From contig OX597815.1 of the NCBI GenBank assembly GCA_951406725.2, positions 174,530,001 to 174,594,000 of the forward strand: DNA of 64,000 nucleotides, written 5' to 3'. The DNA is from Octopus vulgaris (Eukaryota). The translations under genes and the position numbers were made by a program. How positions within the stretch are numbered: the first letter of the stretch is position 1; every line of letters starts with the position of its first letter. The notes under the pieces are model-generated. The model did not search any database, was not told the origin of the DNA, and saw only the letters and a program-made list of their open reading frames with translations. Shown one piece after another: positions 62,701-64,000 of the stretch.

Positions 62701-64000
62701 CATGTGTACATTATAGCATAAAGAATAGACTTTGATAAAGGCAGAAATGCTTCCTAGTATAACAGCAAGCAATATATCATTTAAGGCACCATCTTAAATG
62801 TAATCTATTTAAGAATGACTGTTAAAATAAAACATTTCAGTTATGGAATCATCCTCATGAAAAAAAAAAAGCTAAAATAACCACAATATTGTTGAAGGTT
62901 CTAAGGTAAGATATCATGTATTTTTTACACAAATAAAGTTTTGATATCTGATGTACAAATCTACCTTCAATGATGATATACAGAAAACAAAAAGTGTTGC
63001 TGCAAGAAGACTTTAGTGAATTATTCAACTCATAAATTAGAACCTTTTAACACCTTAAAGTTCTTATAAGGTTCAACACCAGTCATCACTATCAGTAGAT
63101 ATATTATTACAGGGCAGAAAATATCTGAATGCTATCAAAGTTATAAAATACAAAGAAAATTTAGCTAAACAGTTAAACAAAAGGAAGCATGTTCAATCCT
63201 TATTCAAAAATTTATTTCATTTAACAAAGTGCTTCCATTTTATTATAAGCTGCCTATAATTTAAATGACACTAACATGGTAGAAAATATCAACAAAAGAG
63301 GTGATATTTAGTAGATCAAAAAATTTCTCGGTACAATGATTCAGTTATAGTATACTCCAAATAGATAGCCATCAATTTACCTATTTTTTTCAACTATTTA
63401 TAATGTAATAATAAGGAATCAAAATATAATTAACATTGTAATTAATTTCAGATCTTAACAATAAAGATCTGTATGCCATATATTTCAGAATACTCAGCAG
63501 ATTCATCCAACTTCTTAATTATAAGTCATATCATTATTTTTTTAAAAAATAGCTTCAAAATTTTTTGTGAGATTAATATGCAGTTACCCAAAGGCTATTT
63601 AAGAAAACTTTGGAGGAAAATCACAATGTAGTAAAAACTCCCAATACAACTGAAGCTTAGATTTAAATCATTATTTCACTCTCTGATACAACAAAGCATT
63701 CTTTGGGAGTACTTAATAATTACACCAAGTGGACTTCTCAATTTTCAGAGAATACTAAATTGTTCATTTCTTATCAGTATATTTGTAATTTCTTCAATTC
63801 AAAGTCAAAAAAGTAAAATACATGAAATTTTACTTACATCTATTAGAGATGAAATACCATTTCATGTAGAAACAGATGATTCTCAAACTATCTCATGAAT
63901 ACTTTTACATCAAAAAACTACCTGTTACCTTTTTCTTAAAAACACTGACAACTAATGTAATTTTCCAAACATAAGGAAAGAAACCTTTGCTAATGTCAAT

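Noticed and set aside
62584-62772. 62-aa hydrophobic minus-strand ORF as a terminal exon
   Set aside because: No recognisable motif or convincing acceptor; composition is what T-rich UTR sequence gives by chance.
1-64000. Y RNA gene near the Ro60-like locus
   Set aside because: I found no GGUCCGA...CUUGAC bulged-stem pair with a Pol III T-run terminator by eye on either strand. A covariance-model search would be needed to exclude a divergent one.

Overview
AT-rich, intron-rich animal genomic DNA. The tRNA-derived SINE families, (CAT)n-tailed RTE LINEs and microsatellite load resemble those I recall from Octopus/coleoid cephalopods; this is an inference, not a database result. Two spliced + strand genes were reconstructed by hand with consistent GT-AG phases. 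(1) The last six coding exons (12625-24586) of a Ro60/TROVE2-family RNA-binding protein whose vWA MIDAS metal-binding motif is largely lost; its N-terminal exons are not in the window. (2) A complete 9-coding-exon, 369-aa PhyH-family Fe(II)/2-oxoglutarate dioxygenase (44863-59587) with intact HxD...H...RxS motifs. The rest is a mosaic of Helitron, mariner, piggyBac, hAT/TTAA MITEs, RTE/CR1/Penelope-like remnants and SINEs. Most notable: the MIDAS-degenerate Ro60; a ~300-nt GC-rich, extensively base-paired intronic element (13155-13454) whose core motif recurs with compensatory changes at 43904-43959 (candidate RTE-associated structured RNA or ribozyme); an isolated perfect 29-bp inverted repeat 1.4 kb apart; and several long fold-back structures that could be dsRNA/ADAR substrates.
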